Shown: positions 1-12,343, counted from the whole stretch's first letter. The stretch is DNA of 61,578 nt, filler included, from Globobulimina sp. (GCA_003354225.1; 20 parts of 20 records of this genome joined end to end with filler, not necessarily neighbours in it), one strand, 5' to 3'. The notes: generated from the letters alone by a model not told the origin. Numbers and translations: made by a program.

Positions 1-2
1 TG

Positions 3-374
3 ATGAGAAAAATGATGAAGGGTAAAGGCCACAAGAAGGGGTTTAATCCCATGGAAATGATGGGCAGGATGATGGGTAGTGAAGAGGGAATGGAAGGGTT
101 CAATCCCATGGAAATGTGTCATGAAATGATGTCCTCCATGCATGAGAGCCAAAGAATTTCAACTATGGCAACTCCCGAGTTACGGGGCATGTTTGAAGAC
201 TGGGTGGAACAGATTGAAGAGGAAATCCTTGAAACGTTTGAAAAGGATAAAAAAATCTCTGTATCTACTGTAGCGGAACACTTTAAGATTTCCAAAGACA
301 GTGCTTACTATTTCCTGACCAAGCTGGCCCAAAAGGGAAAAATCGATCTTGAGGTCGTGGACAAAGATAAGTAG
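3..374 (+). CDS. Bacterial-type hypothetical protein with Met/Gly-rich N-terminus and probable C-terminal winged-HTH (possibly 5'-partial)
   Basis: Intronless and higher in GC than the rest of the contig. GFNPMEM occurs twice. The C-terminus ISVSTVAEHFKISKDSAYYFLTKLAQKGKI has a wHTH pattern. Confidence 0.65.
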   Translation: MRKMMKGKGHKKGFNPMEMMGRMMGSEEGMEGFNPMEMCHEMMSSMHESQRISTMATPELRGMFEDWVEQIEEEILETFEKDKKISVSTVAEHFKISKDSAYYFLTKLAQKGKIDLEVVDKDK

Positions 375-487
375 ACTTTATTCCATGGAGACAATTGGTC
401 TCTTTCTGGTGTCTGGCTCACAGAGTAAAGATAGTCGAAGCTTGTGAATACAGTTGATTTGTTTGGTTGTGTGGCCCTGTAAATTAG

Positions 488-518
488 TATGACCGGAGGC
501 GTTATGCCGTCGGTCATA
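488..518. terminator. Stem-loop between convergent bacterial-type genes (possible bidirectional terminator)
   Basis: TATGACCG (488-495) pairs with CGGTCATA (511-518), with an inner GGC/GCC pair. It lies between the stops at 374 and 539. Confidence 0.4.
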
Positions 519-538
519 GAAATCAGTTGGCTATCCTG

Positions 539-845
539 CTATTTAGCCAACTCTTTTCTGATTTTAATAACATCCAGATTTTTTATCAATTCAACCAGAT
601 TTGGGAACATACTTGCGTGGTAACCATATCCACCATGGATCATCTCATCTAAGGCTTTTTCCTTTGACCACTGGTTAAAAATGATTCGATAAGCAGCTAT
701 GGTCGCACCTGTTCGATCAGAGCCATGCCAGCAATGAATCAGAATGGGCCCCTTTTTGTTTTGAATGATTGAAAGAGCCTGGATAATCTCTTCTTCCGAA
801 ACTGAATCAGTTTCCAATTCCAATCTGTGAAGTTTTAGGGGTGTT
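539..845 (-). CDS. Bacterial-type protein-tyrosine/dual-specificity phosphatase (Siw14/Y_phosphatase-like), 5'-truncated
   Basis: P-loop HCWHGSDRTG (HCxxGxDRT), followed by WSKEKALDEMIHGGYGYH. The frame reads LKLHRLELETDSV and then hits a stop just upstream, inside the USO1 sequence. Confidence 0.8.
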
Positions 846-2261
846 TTCGTTCAATTTACGCATCAAAATATGGATAAAGTTATGATTAATAAATGCTAGT
901 TTTGTAGCGTCATTATCGTTTATTAGATATGTCAATATTTTATAATACGCACAGGAATCACCAGTGTGATATTCGTGTAATAATTGGCCAAAACTGCCTT
1001 TTTTAGTTATGAATGATTCCGTTAATCGTTGTTGTAAATCTTTATTGTTACAAAGCAATGATTGTAATACTCGCAGAGATAAATGAGACAAATTGTTATT
1101 TGGCGACAAAGCGGCATCGAAGAGGAATAATAAATATTTGCCAGTCTTCAATGCAACAAATATATTCGCATTGTTTTTGTTAATATATAATAAAATGCGC
1201 AATAAAATTAAACTGTTTTGTTTGATTAAATTGATTTGTGGCGATTCGTTGTCGTACGTTATTATCAAACATAATGATTCGATAATTTCTGCAAAAGCAA
1301 TTTGAGTGTTATATAAATGGCCGCAATTCCTTGTAATCTCAAGTAAAATGGCCATGATTTTGTGTATGATTTTGATTTTGTGTTCGTTGATAATCAATAA
1401 TTGTTTTAATTGTTTGATACATCCAATTTCAACAAAATATTTCTGATTTGACTCATTATTTCGCATCAAATTCCGCATCAAATACAAAGAGTCGTCGATG
1501 ACCACACCATTTCTCCCGTTGCTCTCATCGTTGATTATGGTTAGAATGCGTTCAAAGGCACCGTCGAAAGCGATTAATTTTTGAATGGATGGGTCGGATT
1601 CGGATAAATGAGCCAATAAAATGATGGAGGAATTGCGTATAAACTCGTGATTGGAATTTAAAAGTTGTGATAAAGTGTTCATTGCACCGTAAATATTTAT
1701 CAATTGTGTGCGTAATTTGTACGCTGTGTTTTTGTATAATAAAATAACTGTTAATATTTGAATGATATTATATTGGATTTCAATCAATTCATTGAAATCG
1801 TCACCGAGTAATTTGATAAAAATGTCAACGCGATCCGTCACGTTCTTGCTTGGGCTTTTCGCGAATAATAAATCTAAATTATATTCGTAATAAATGCGAT
1901 TTGTCGACGGATCGCGTTGTAATAAATTGATATCATACGGCTGTTCTGGCGGCAATAATAAGAGCATCAATATATCGATACATTTTTTTATTAATATTGT
2001 GTCGTTCACAAAGGATAATAATACGTCATCACATAAAACTGAGATGGATTTTATACCCACTTCCTATGTATTAAAGTGCTGTTAAACACATCATACAATA
2101 ATTAATTCATAAACACAAACCAATGGGTGCTCTTTAGACAAAATTTCTAATTCATTCAAAGCAGATACTTTGTCCTCGAATAGAGTGCTTGTTTTTAATC
2201 GCGCACAACATGATATTATTGCTTGGGTTAAGCCATCATCACCAAATAACCATTTTTGCAT
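846..2261 (-). CDS. USO1: USO1/p115 vesicle-tethering factor, armadillo head (3'-truncated); exons 2261-2121 and 2063-~846
   Basis: Exon 1 (CARLKTSTLFEDKVSALNEL...HPL) splices through a 57-bp GT-AG intron (2120-2064) to EVG. p115-head motifs IQKLIAFDGAFERILTII and NLMRNNESNQKYF are present. The coiled-coil tail is missing. Confidence 0.88.
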
Positions 2262-2277
2262 GTTAAACTCAAGTAAA

Positions 2278-2986
2278 TTAATAAAAAAAAGAGAAAACTT
2301 CATGTAATAAATTTATTAAATTAAGTAAAGATAACGCAGCATGATCAGCAATCCCTGGCATACAAAAATGGTTTCCCTTTGCCCAATATCTCGTTTCCTG
2401 GAATTGAGCGCCAATCCGTTGATACCAATCTATCCATACTATATTGCCATATTTTGCATACATTTCATTTAACAACGATTTATTTGAAAACGGTAAATTA
2501 TGTTCAAAATATGACATAAAAATCAGCGGCTTCTTTTTAAACGGCAAACGTTCAAAATCTTGTTTAAATTTATTATTAAAATCATACATAGGCTCATTTC
2601 CTGGATTAAATATTAAAATATCTGAATTAGTTAGATCTATATAATGACTATGATCCGCTATGTTTAATTTTGATAAGTACGGTGTGTGATATTTTGTAAA
2701 CCAACTCAATGTTTTATTTTTTTCAAAACTTGCAAAAATATATGAAATATTGCTGTTGTCGGCAAAATTCATTAATAACAGAGGCTTGTTATCGCACCAT
2801 CCGATATTATTATTAATATGATTCTTTTCGAGTTGATTTAAAATATTGCCTTTTAAATGCAATCCGGTCATTTCTCTGCCATTCCATCTGTGCAATTGTT
2901 TGGCTTTATCAATATAATTAACATTATCACAGCGGAAATCGACATCTTTTATTTCTGATTGCTTGCTATTAATGAAGGAGTTAGAA
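2278..2986 (-). CDS. PC-esterase / TBL-like SGNH acyl-esterase domain protein (5'-partial)
   Basis: C-terminal GNHFCMPGIADH resembles the DxxHWCLPGxxD motif; DILIFNPG core strand. Confidence 0.6.
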
Positions 2987-3086
2987 NNNNNNNNNNNNNN
3001 NNNNNNNNNNNNNNNNNNNNNNNNNNNNNNTTAATTAATTAANNNNNNNNNNNNNNNNNNNNNNNNNNNNNNNNNNNNNNNNNNNN
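2987..3086. other. Artificial contig-joining spacer N44-TTAATTAATTAA-N44 (first of 19)
   Basis: Identical 100-bp spacers start at 2987, 6073, 9159, 12244, 15329, 18414, 21499, 24584, 27669, 30754, 33839, 36923, 40007, 43091, 46173, 49255, 52336, 55417 and 58498. The core gives stops in all six frames. Contig lengths never increase, going from 2986 to 2981. Confidence 0.99.
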
Positions 3087-3174
3087 AACGAACCCTGTCC
3101 GTTTTTACTTCTTTCCCTACTGTAAGTTGGGGAACTAGACATGTAAGTTATACACTGTTGGGGGTAAAGGGCAT

Positions 3175-3504
3175 CTATGCTGACCCTGCCTGGCGAGCAG
3201 AACACGGACAAACAATATTATACAGATTTTTTACCTTTCTAAATTGTGTGGAAACTTTTTCAATATTGAATATCTGTGGCAAGGAATGATAACGATTAAT
3301 TGAAACACGAGACAGTATGTTTTCCATTATCTCTTGTGGCATTTTGTTGATGTGACATGATTCAAGATCGATCAAAATCGCTGAATCGATATCACCGGAT
3401 ACTTTCTGTTTGCATTGGCGTGACAGATGAAGACGTGACAATTTGATTGCCTGTACGTTGGTTTGCTGGAGGAGACGTTTTTTGGACGATTGTTTGTTTT
3501 TCAT
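3175..3504 (-). CDS. F-box protein, N-terminal exon (partial)
   Basis: INKMPQEIMENILSRV...EKVSTQFRK matches the F-box pattern LPxEIxxxIL...VCKxW. Confidence 0.5.
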   Translation of the reverse strand: MKNKQSSKKRLLQQTNVQAIKLSRLHLSRQCKQKVSGDIDSAILIDLESCHINKMPQEIMENILSRVSINRYHSLPQIFNIEKVSTQFRKVKNLYNIVCPCSARQAGSA

Positions 3505-4289
3505 ACCGTTCTGTCTGGCTGCAAATACAAAATACTACAATTTTAACAAAACCTAATTTAATTACTACATAACATACAGGTACTGTAATACAGCATCGAT
3601 ACCTATTATAATCTGAATGTAATTCTATCATAACTTCTCTCCATTCAGAGACAACACTGATATAAATACATTCAAACATACATACAACAATACAGTGATA
3701 TATGATATCGATGCTGTGGTGCAAGAATGACCTAACTGCTTAAAAATTGGTAAAAAAGAAATAGTTATAAATAGGATAAGAAAGTATTATATGACAGAAT
3801 TTTGAGAAATATTGCAGTTGGGCCATTCTTGCACCCACAACATCGATATACAAGATGGACTACAGTACAGCTTATATGGATTGTGACCGAAGATCAGAAT
3901 TTTTAGAAATTTGGTGCTTTGAACACTAAATTTGTCATTAATTAGCAAGGAAGGTTCCCAGAAATCCCATTTTTCCTGACTTTTACGAAAAATAGCTCTA
4001 TTTCCCATCCCTAATTTGAGTTATTTTGGCATGGGGCAGAACAACGTCAATATGTACCTTACAGTATATTATGATGATATGGAAGACGAGAGTCTGTATC
4101 CCTGGTCTGTATCAGAAAAATAACCGCTCACATACAATGAATGTACAGATAAAAATAAAATAAAGAATTTTGCTCTATATCATCACCAGCAAGAAAACCA
4201 AAATCGTGAGAGGAAATTTTTTTTCGGGCAACAGCTAATTCAAGCCCCACACTTAAGACCACATATCGCGATATTTTTACATTAGATTA

Positions 4290-4452
4290 CGAACCTTTTC
4301 CCACTTTAACGGTCCTTTCCACTTTAACGGTTCTTTCCACTTTTAGTGGTTCTTTCGAATTTTAATGGTTCTTTCATACTTTGGTGGTCCTTTGACACTG
4401 GTTTTTATAATAGTGCTTTAGTCCTTTCCTATTCCATTTTAGCGGTCCTTTC
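4290..4452. repeat. Degenerate ~18-19 bp tandem minisatellite
   Basis: Successive units ccactttaacggtccttt, ccactttaacggttcttt, ccacttttagtggttcttt, cgaattttaatggttcttt and further decayed copies. Confidence 0.75.
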
Positions 4453-4578
4453 TGAAATTGAATTGCAATCGAAGTTTCGGAATGTTCTATGTAATCGGCA
4501 CCCATAATTCAGAGAATACAGTAGTGAAGGGCGTAAACTTTTGCGTAAATTTGAACGCATTTAGGGCACAATTACAAA

Positions 4579-4799
4579 TACAATAGGCCATTGAACACCC
4601 ACGGTTTTATGGTTTGATTTTATTGCTTTGCCGTCTACATAATTGTGCATTCGTCTACTTTTATAACTGAGAAAGCAGAGCACTAACATGTGAAACTAAA
4701 TAGTACAATAGGCCATTGAACACCCACGGTTTTATGGTTTGATTTTATTGCTTTGCTGTCTACATATTGTGCATTCGTCTACTTTTATAACTGAGAAAG
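4579..4799 (+). repeat. ~97-bp near-identical direct repeat (4579-4675 and 4704-4799)
   Basis: Both copies run tacaataggccattgaacacccacgg...ataactgagaaag with few differences, separated by 28 bp. Confidence 0.92.
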
Positions 4800-4939
4800 T
4801 ATTACACCCTGGGCGTTTATTATTTCAACCTATCGCTAAGAATCGATCAATTGCTTAAGCTAGAAGAAATACTATGCGATCTGATCATTTCAATGTGATG
4901 CAATTCGATACGACTCAACTTACATTTAATTTGAATTCC

Positions 4940-5608
4940 TTACAAATTCCTTTTTATACACTGCATAATCTCGCCTATTTTATGTTGAGGCAGTTGGAAA
5001 TAGGCTACTGCTCGAATTAAATGCGAGTCGATGTGCCTTCGTCGAGCCATTCGTATAATATCTTCACTGACGTCTCCAGCAACGTATCCAACAACAAGTG
5101 TATAAGCCAAAGCGAGTTCACCAGACCGAAGTTCGAATACACCATTTTCGTTCCGATGTAAATCGATTTCAATGTTCGAAAATGTTTCATCAAACCAACT
5201 TCCGGGAAAACGTTTCATGGAAGCCAAGCTCAGTTCGATAACGGGAGAGATATATCTCCAACCATCTTCATCAACGCCTTTTATACATAATTTGATCTTG
5301 TTTTTTTGAGGGTCCAAAAGGTCCACCAGTTCAGGTATTAGATAAAATTCGGCTTCTCTCCTTATTCGTTGTTTCATCGCATCACAGTTGGGAAATACCA
5401 TTTTAATTCCATTGCGCAGATAGTCCAAGACATACTCGAAGGCTTTTCCATCTCTATCAATAAAGATTCGTCCACTTTCGTCCATTCCTGTTTCCCAATT
5501 ACCATCGAATAGCGCAGAGAAAAATGAATTTTCAGTTTTTAACAGAATTTGAAGTGAAACTTCATAATATCTTCCACCAACATCGAGTTTCACAATTTTG
5601 GGTTGCAT
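4940..5608 (-). CDS. BTB/POZ (KCTD, potassium-channel tetramerisation-type) domain protein
   Basis: IVKLDVGGRYY, SFFSALF, IFIDRDGKAFEYVLDYLRNG and REAEFYLI. A second, degenerate BTB-like segment follows (SMKRFPGSWF). Confidence 0.88.
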   Translation of the reverse strand: MQPKIVKLDVGGRYYEVSLQILLKTENSFFSALFDGNWETGMDESGRIFIDRDGKAFEYVLDYLRNGIKMVFPNCDAMKQRIRREAEFYLIPELVDLLDPQKNKIKLCIKGVDEDGWRYISPVIELSLASMKRFPGSWFDETFSNIEIDLHRNENGVFELRSGELALAYTLVVGYVAGDVSEDIIRMARRRHIDSHLIRAVAYFQLPQHKIGEIMQCIKRNL

Positions 5609-5883
5609 TTTAAGTAAAGTTCTAACAATAATGAATTGATGTCGACAAAAAGCTGCAAGAAATGTAACAGCTGATTTATTAAATATGAACTGAGAATACC
5701 TGACGAAAAGCCTCGACGGCCCTGTCTGGGGGGGGGTAAATTTTTTTTCGAAAATTGCGTTATTTTAGTCAAAAATGCCTAAAGCCGTAGTTTTCTAGCA
5801 AAAATCTCCAAAAATCCTCCAGAAGGCCCAAAAATAACCCCCCAAAATTCGGTCCAGGGGGGGTTAGCCCATTTTACCCTGTT

Positions 5884-5905
5884 GGGGGGGGGGTTACCCC
5901 CCCCC
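5884..5905. repeat. G-tract/C-tract inverted repeat (G10-TTA-C9 hairpin)
   Basis: gggggggggg tta ccccccccc, with further G runs near 5728 and 5857. Confidence 0.6.
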
Positions 5906-6298
5906 GCCCCAAGGGCATACATTAAAACATTCAAGCGTACATTCAATCAATATACATGGTCAGTTACGAATTTGTGTAAGAGCTTTTGAAAGAAGTAAAG
6001 CAAGAAAGGGATGGATACCTGTATAGTGGGATGGCGTCAAAATTCACTGTAGGAATGTGCGGCCACATCTCANNNNNNNNNNNNNNNNNNNNNNNNNNNN
6101 NNNNNNNNNNNNNNNNTTAATTAATTAANNNNNNNNNNNNNNNNNNNNNNNNNNNNNNNNNNNNNNNNNNNNTTTCTATCATTTATTTTGTTGTTGTTGT
6201 TGTTGTGCTTTGCTGTATATTTTTAAATTACATTTTTTGAGAACACCAAAGTGATTCGATGACTAGCTCACTTCACCAAAACTTCAGAGAAATAAACA

Positions 6299-7416
6299 AT
6301 GGCAACTCCAGCAAATATAAAAGAAGAGTCTCCTCTGGGCTTAACACAACAAACTTTGTTGAATTTTCATCAACAAAAATTGCAAAAGCACACAAATTAT
6401 AATAATCAGCACAACACAGAAACGATTATTGATATTTTTGGCGGAATTGATTCAGTATTAACAGTATTATTATCCTCACCGGATATAAAATTAAATCAAG
6501 AGAATTTGATAGCAATTAACAAGATAATGACAGAAAACAATAATGCCGACAGTATTTCGTCAATTTCGAGTTCAGAGCCAATTAATGAGATCTATGGAGA
6601 GGAAATTGCAGAGAAATGGACTTATTGTTTCTCAAAAAAAAACACGTTTTTACATTTGATATTTGGTAATCTTAATGGACAAAAAATATTTGATTTAATT
6701 TACTCCAAATATACTATCATATTAACGGTCATATTATTTATATTACAGGTGTTTGTAGCGTTTGATATCTCTGTCTATGTTCACATATTGGTGATGATAA
6801 TATGTATATTGTCTGCTATCTGTATGATATTGTCTGCAAATATAAGATGTTTCAGATTAATTGTAAAATCATTTCATTTTTGGTTCAAATTGTTATATGC
6901 GACACAGGCGGCTCTGGCTCATCAAATCTATATATTCCACTGTAATGATAGTAAAATATATATTGGTGCGGGCGGAATAGATCTGATTGGACTTTTGGCG
7001 TTGTATACTATGTTTGCTTTGGTTGATTCGTTTCAGCTTCGATTATCAATTAAAATTATGGTTGGCTCATTATTTGCTTGTGGGACTACATTATTTGCTG
7101 TTGTTTGGGGCTTGGATTTTTTTATGAATGCAGATGATTCTATAATACATATTAAGTTTATTGATTGGTCAGTTTCAATGAAATCAATCGAGTCAACGCA
7201 GTGCAAATTTTATCAATTTTTATGTGGAAACAAGTTGTTTCTTCTTTTATGAAAAGGCAAAGATGTGTTTTAATCAAATATTCACCATATTTAAAATGGA
7301 TCGATCCTCCAAATGTTGCAAATCTAGCAGTTAAAGATGATAATAATCCAAATATTGACATGATTGAAACTAATATTAATATGTCCAAAAAAATTGAAAA
7401 TAAGTATATTTCATGA
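6299..7416 (+). pseudogene. Multi-pass membrane protein of unknown family, frameshifted near 7185-7192
   Basis: ORF 6299-7252 has several TM segments. The natural continuation (VNAVQILSIFMWKQ...IKYSPYLKW) is in the overlapping frame ending at 7416, and no intron-sized gap separates them. Confidence 0.55.
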
Positions 7417-7518
7417 ATGTGTTGCTGTGGTGTATTTTTGTTGTGTCATTTAATACCCTCTTCTGCAAAAACCTTTCATCTTTGACCAGACTCAAACTCC
7501 TGAATACTACTACTAGAC

Positions 7519-8623
7519 ATGAACGAGTTTGAGAAAGCAAAGTATAAAGTTATGGAGGGTACAAAAAGAAGGTGTAAGCGTAGAATTGACCTTTTTGTTG
7601 ATATTGTGAATAAAGAACTTTCTGTCAGTGAATGCAAAACTTGTTTTCCACGATTTGAGATTTCTGATGCAACCCAAAACAAATTAATATCACAAATATT
7701 GCCACATATATCAAATTGGGTTGGTGGTAAATATACAAAAGAGGTGGAATCAGTGTCTGATTGGTATTCAAAAACGCGTATTTGGTGGAATCGCGGGAAA
7801 GCAATAAAATTAGGAAATGATTTATTTGCCCCGATTATGACAACAATACAGCAGTTTGTCCATAATCAAGGTAAACAATTACAAGAAAGAACCAAATTGG
7901 CATTGTTTCTGAATATTTTAATATCCATTTTAAGCACAAATATTTCGTTTAAACAAACTATGCCAAGATCACTTATTCCCCATCAAACATTGACAAAAAA
8001 TAATAGTTTTAAGGTACTGTATAATACGTTATTTGAATGCACGTACATTTGGTATATTTTTTAATTTTAGACATTGGCAGAACAGTTTGTCCGCTATTTT
8101 GATATTGATGGCAACCAATGGCTGAGTGAATGGAATAATTTATCAAAGATGGCCTCAGGAAACTGTTATTTGCCAAATAAACACCGATCATCACAAGTAT
8201 TTTTTGCTTATTTAAGTTATTGCAAAAATATAAAACATAATTTCTTTAAAATTACCAGTAATAAACAAATTCGATTTCAATGTATTTGGAAAAAGGAGGA
8301 AAATGTAAAAACGAAGGTTATATCTGCTGATAATTATAATTATTATAATAATATTATATTTGCGTTGGCTCATATATTTATGGAAAATAATATGCGTATT
8401 AATAATATTCCAAATGGATATGTCGGAGTTCATGGTTACAATCGACGCGTTTCAGGTATACCTTTCTTCAAAACTATATATTCTCATTACCTGTGTCCTG
8501 GGACATGGTGGGACTTTTTGCATATGCATCAAATGTATATATTTTATATATATATATATGAGTTATAATATATAATTATGTAATCCAAATAGATGCACGT
8601 TATCAACCATATCCAACAAATAA
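7519..8623 (+). CDS. Hypothetical multi-exon protein
   Basis: A 57-bp GT-AG intron (8014-8070) joins the two ORFs in frame (FK|TLAEQ). A second intron at ~8535-8592 is probable. No family recognised. Confidence 0.45.
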
Positions 8624-9596
8624 TATTCCAAAAGAATTATCCGATCAATATTTCTAAAGTTAATACTGTCGATGTGTACAATAATAAAACTAATATTTGT
8701 TTTTCATATATTTGGTGCCTTTGTAAAATTAACATGTGTTGTTTTTTTATTTGGATAACTCAAATGTTTAATTTTCATGTACTTGTCTCGTCTCAGTAAT
8801 CTTAAAGTTATACAATTGTGCGTTCACACTTTAAAGCTTTTTGCGCCTACATTAGGCTACATTTATGGGCAGCGCCAGATCGCACATCTTTACAAAATGT
8901 CATTAAATCTTTTCAAATCTTTTTATTTGGTTCACTCCTCCCTTTAAAAATCTTTTCAAATCTTTCAAATGACTTTCAAATCTCTGCCAATCTCCATAAA
9001 TGTGCACAAAATGGGAAGGAAAATAGGTTAATAATAAAATATTAATGGTTCCCGATGAAACACAACCTTTAAGAATTCAATTTTGACTTTCAATGTTTTT
9101 ATTTTGAATAATCTGTAAAAAACTGTAAATTCAAAGAGTTTACAGTAAAAACAGTAATNNNNNNNNNNNNNNNNNNNNNNNNNNNNNNNNNNNNNNNNNN
9201 NNTTAATTAATTAANNNNNNNNNNNNNNNNNNNNNNNNNNNNNNNNNNNNNNNNNNNNATGATTGCAGTTGCCTATGTCGACCGGTTAAAAGAAGACACC
9301 GTGCCAAGTAAATATACGCCAAAAGAAATTAAATCTTGGATGGATAATGCCATTGATGTGCTGTTGCAATATATCTATCAGTTTGTGTTAAAAAAATAAA
9401 CTTTTGCTTGTATTTATTTGATTTGCTCTTTTTAGCATAATACTTTTTAGCATAATACTTTTTAGCAGTTTGAATGAGGATTGTTTAAAATTTCAAGCCA
9501 CCATCAAACAAATAGTGGTTGGAAATACAATGAAATACAAAAGAAAAAGGGAATCATTCACAAAACAAATTAACAAATTACAATATTGTGCTATAA

Positions 9597-10504
9597 TTAA
9601 TCTGTCACAGTTTGATCTTTCTTAAATTTTACTTTTTCATTCTCATACTCATACAAATTATTATTAGAATTTTCCTTATTGGTTTCTTCAAAAGTGAGCG
9701 TAAATATGTATTCTTTGAATGCGTCGATGAAGTCAGTTTGTACAAATCCCAGTTTTTTAAACAATTTAATGGATGAATGGTTGTCATTTGATATCTTTGC
9801 AATAAATGTTTTAATCTCTAAATGCTTTCTGGCGAATTCAATGATAAGTTGCAAGGTCTCGGTGGCTAAGCCCTTTCGCTGCGATTTATTCTCAGCGATC
9901 ATTATATTTAATTCGCCGATATGTTCATGTTTGTCATCCTTAATAATAAATATGTTGATATCGCCACACATTGGCGAATTATCCAAGGTCTTATCTAAAA
10001 TAATAAAGATATATTTCTTATCATCCAGCTTCCATTCCTGCTGATACTCATATTCCTGGTCGATGGTATATGGCTGAGTCTGTGTCATTTGCTGAATATG
10101 CGGGTCGTTGAGCCATTTATTGTAAGTTTTAACGTGTTCGACTGCGTACGGCACCAGTTTGCATTTTGTGCCTTCGATTGAAATTTCCTTCAATTGTAAA
10201 TGGAGAGAAAGTTCAAGAAATTAATTAGTTTTATAATTTTATACAATTTAACTTTAAGTGCTTGCCAATCATCAAACGAGTCACTAATTACATTGCTATC
10301 GTGAGCGTATATATTATTTTCAGTTTTTAATTCTTTCTCCGACTCCAACATTTCGTTATATTCCATTGGGTCTGTGTCTGATTTGCTGTTCGTTTTCTTT
10401 TTATTTTTCGAGTGGTTCATTTCGCAATTATCGAGCTGATGATTTAATTCATTTTTACCTTTAATACAACTTGATTGGGTCTGCTCATTCTTCAATAAAG
10501 ACAT
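9597..10504 (-). CDS. NAT9: N-acetyltransferase 9-like GNAT; exons 10504-10253 and 10187-9597
   Basis: LVPYAVEHVKTYNKWL, EYEYQQEWKLDDKKYIFII, GDINIFI and GELNIMIAE...RKGLA. An in-frame 65-bp GT-AG intron lies at 10252-10188. Confidence 0.88.
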
Positions 10505-10640
10505 TGTATGAGTGATTAGATGGCAATGCGTATACTTTTTAATATAAATCAGCAGTTAATTATGGTGGTGTTAGTCCAACGGCAGGCACGCTGACATGGT
10601 GAAAATGTACAAAAACTAGTTGAAAAAATACAAATTAAAC

Positions 10641-11544
10641 ATGGCTGATGGCCACGAACAATTTGAATCAATCGATAGTGAAATGATAGATGGTATTAAT
10701 GCAAACGAAATGGATGTAATTTATGCAAAACTGCGTGCCATTCATGCAAATGCTTCCTCTCAAGACAGCAATGCTCAAATAGTCGATTACGATATCGATA
10801 ATATAGAAGCAAAACTCATGGAACAGACGTCCAGGTTAAATACAATCAAATACATGTTAATAATTCTAATTTTTTTGTGGTTAGTACTGTCATCATTTAC
10901 TTTGGTTGGATTTATATTGGCATTTTCAGGAAGCACCACAATGTTTAGATGTTCATATTTATTATTTAGTTGGTTTATGACTATCCTCAATCTGCCATTC
11001 ATACTGCGTCCAGTATTAAAATCATTGTCCTTATGGCATGAGCAGATGGATGAATTTAGTAACACATGTTTATATTTCCTAGATCGCTTTCTTTATATTG
11101 CATTTATTGCCGTAAACATTGTCAATTCCATTCTTTTGCTCAACGGAACATATTTTTTAGGCTGTTTCCTCATTGGCATTCATAACGTAATTTTAGCATT
11201 TAAAGTTGGTGCTTATTTTGCAATGCCATTAAAGGGAATGAAATTCCATGCTTATCATTTCTGTTACGTTATATTAGCAATTATTAATAATGTATATGTA
11301 CCGTCTTTACATAGTGTTACTGTGCGTTGCTATGGTTGTTGCTGGAGGAATTTGGGGTCGTGGATTATTATTGTTAGTAAGCATTATAATTTGGCTTGTT
11401 GATTTTGCTATTTTTTTAGTGGTAACATCCACACTCAAATTAAACGCAAACAGAAAAGCTACCACAGACAGAACCAATACAGACGAGCACTGCGCGGAGC
11501 AGCTCCACAGCAAAGTAGTGTTGCTGTTAAACATTTGTCGCTGA
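10641..11544 (+). CDS. Multi-pass membrane protein, hypothetical
   Basis: Several hydrophobic helices. A plausible intron at 11263-11314 links the two ORFs. The 3' end is uncertain. Confidence 0.5.
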
Positions 11545-12343
11545 GAGTTAATGATGATCGAAAAGCAGAGGAACAGCATCCAAATGCATCTCTGCCATCG
11601 AAGCACGCAGTATCTGTCAATACGAGTATTGATATGGATGCAATGGGAATAATACCACCTGCTAAGAAAGTAAAATTCGAAGTGGAGAGATACAGACATC
11701 GAAAAGTGACGTGTTGTTGTCATCGCTTTGGCTGTGGGCTGCGAACATGTTTACAAATCCAAACATGGGTATGTTTATGTTATGCGATATAATGGATAAT
11801 GAAATGTTGTTTGTCAGGTCAGTGCAGTATCGATTTGGGGTTCAGTGGCATTGTTTTTGTTGAATAAGATTAGTTGGACATGTTATGGACTTATGATATT
11901 TGTTTCCGTCACCACTGTGTATAATCCAGTTAATGTTCTCCATGTTTGATCACAATCCATTATATTTTTGTTGAAAATGACTAGATTTGTTTCACGAAAC
12001 GATGTTATAAGATCCGCACAGCAAAGAAATGCTGTACCTGTGACAAATTCGGGCTGTGTTTAGCATATGTTTTTGGCGTAGTTACTATATTAGTTACAGC
12101 CTGTTTATGTACTGCATTATTTATCGTAGCAAATCCATTCTCGGTCGGGGACATCGACCAAGCATTGGGCGAAAATGTGACAGACTCTGCGCAGGTTTTA
12201 TTAGGTTTGAATGCAACCGGAAACAAAGTAGCGTTGATGTATANNNNNNNNNNNNNNNNNNNNNNNNNNNNNNNNNNNNNNNNNNNNTTAATTAATTAAN
12301 NNNNNNNNNNNNNNNNNNNNNNNNNNNNNNNNNNNNNNNNNNN

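Noticed and set aside
4290-4799. Possible CRISPR array
   Set aside because: The short units abut without unique spacers and are degenerate. The long repeat has only two copies, and no cas genes are present.
9425-9470. 16-bp tandem repeat (tttttagcataatact), and an 18-bp direct repeat at 37023-37066
   Set aside because: Short local duplications in UTR or intron sequence with no sign of function.
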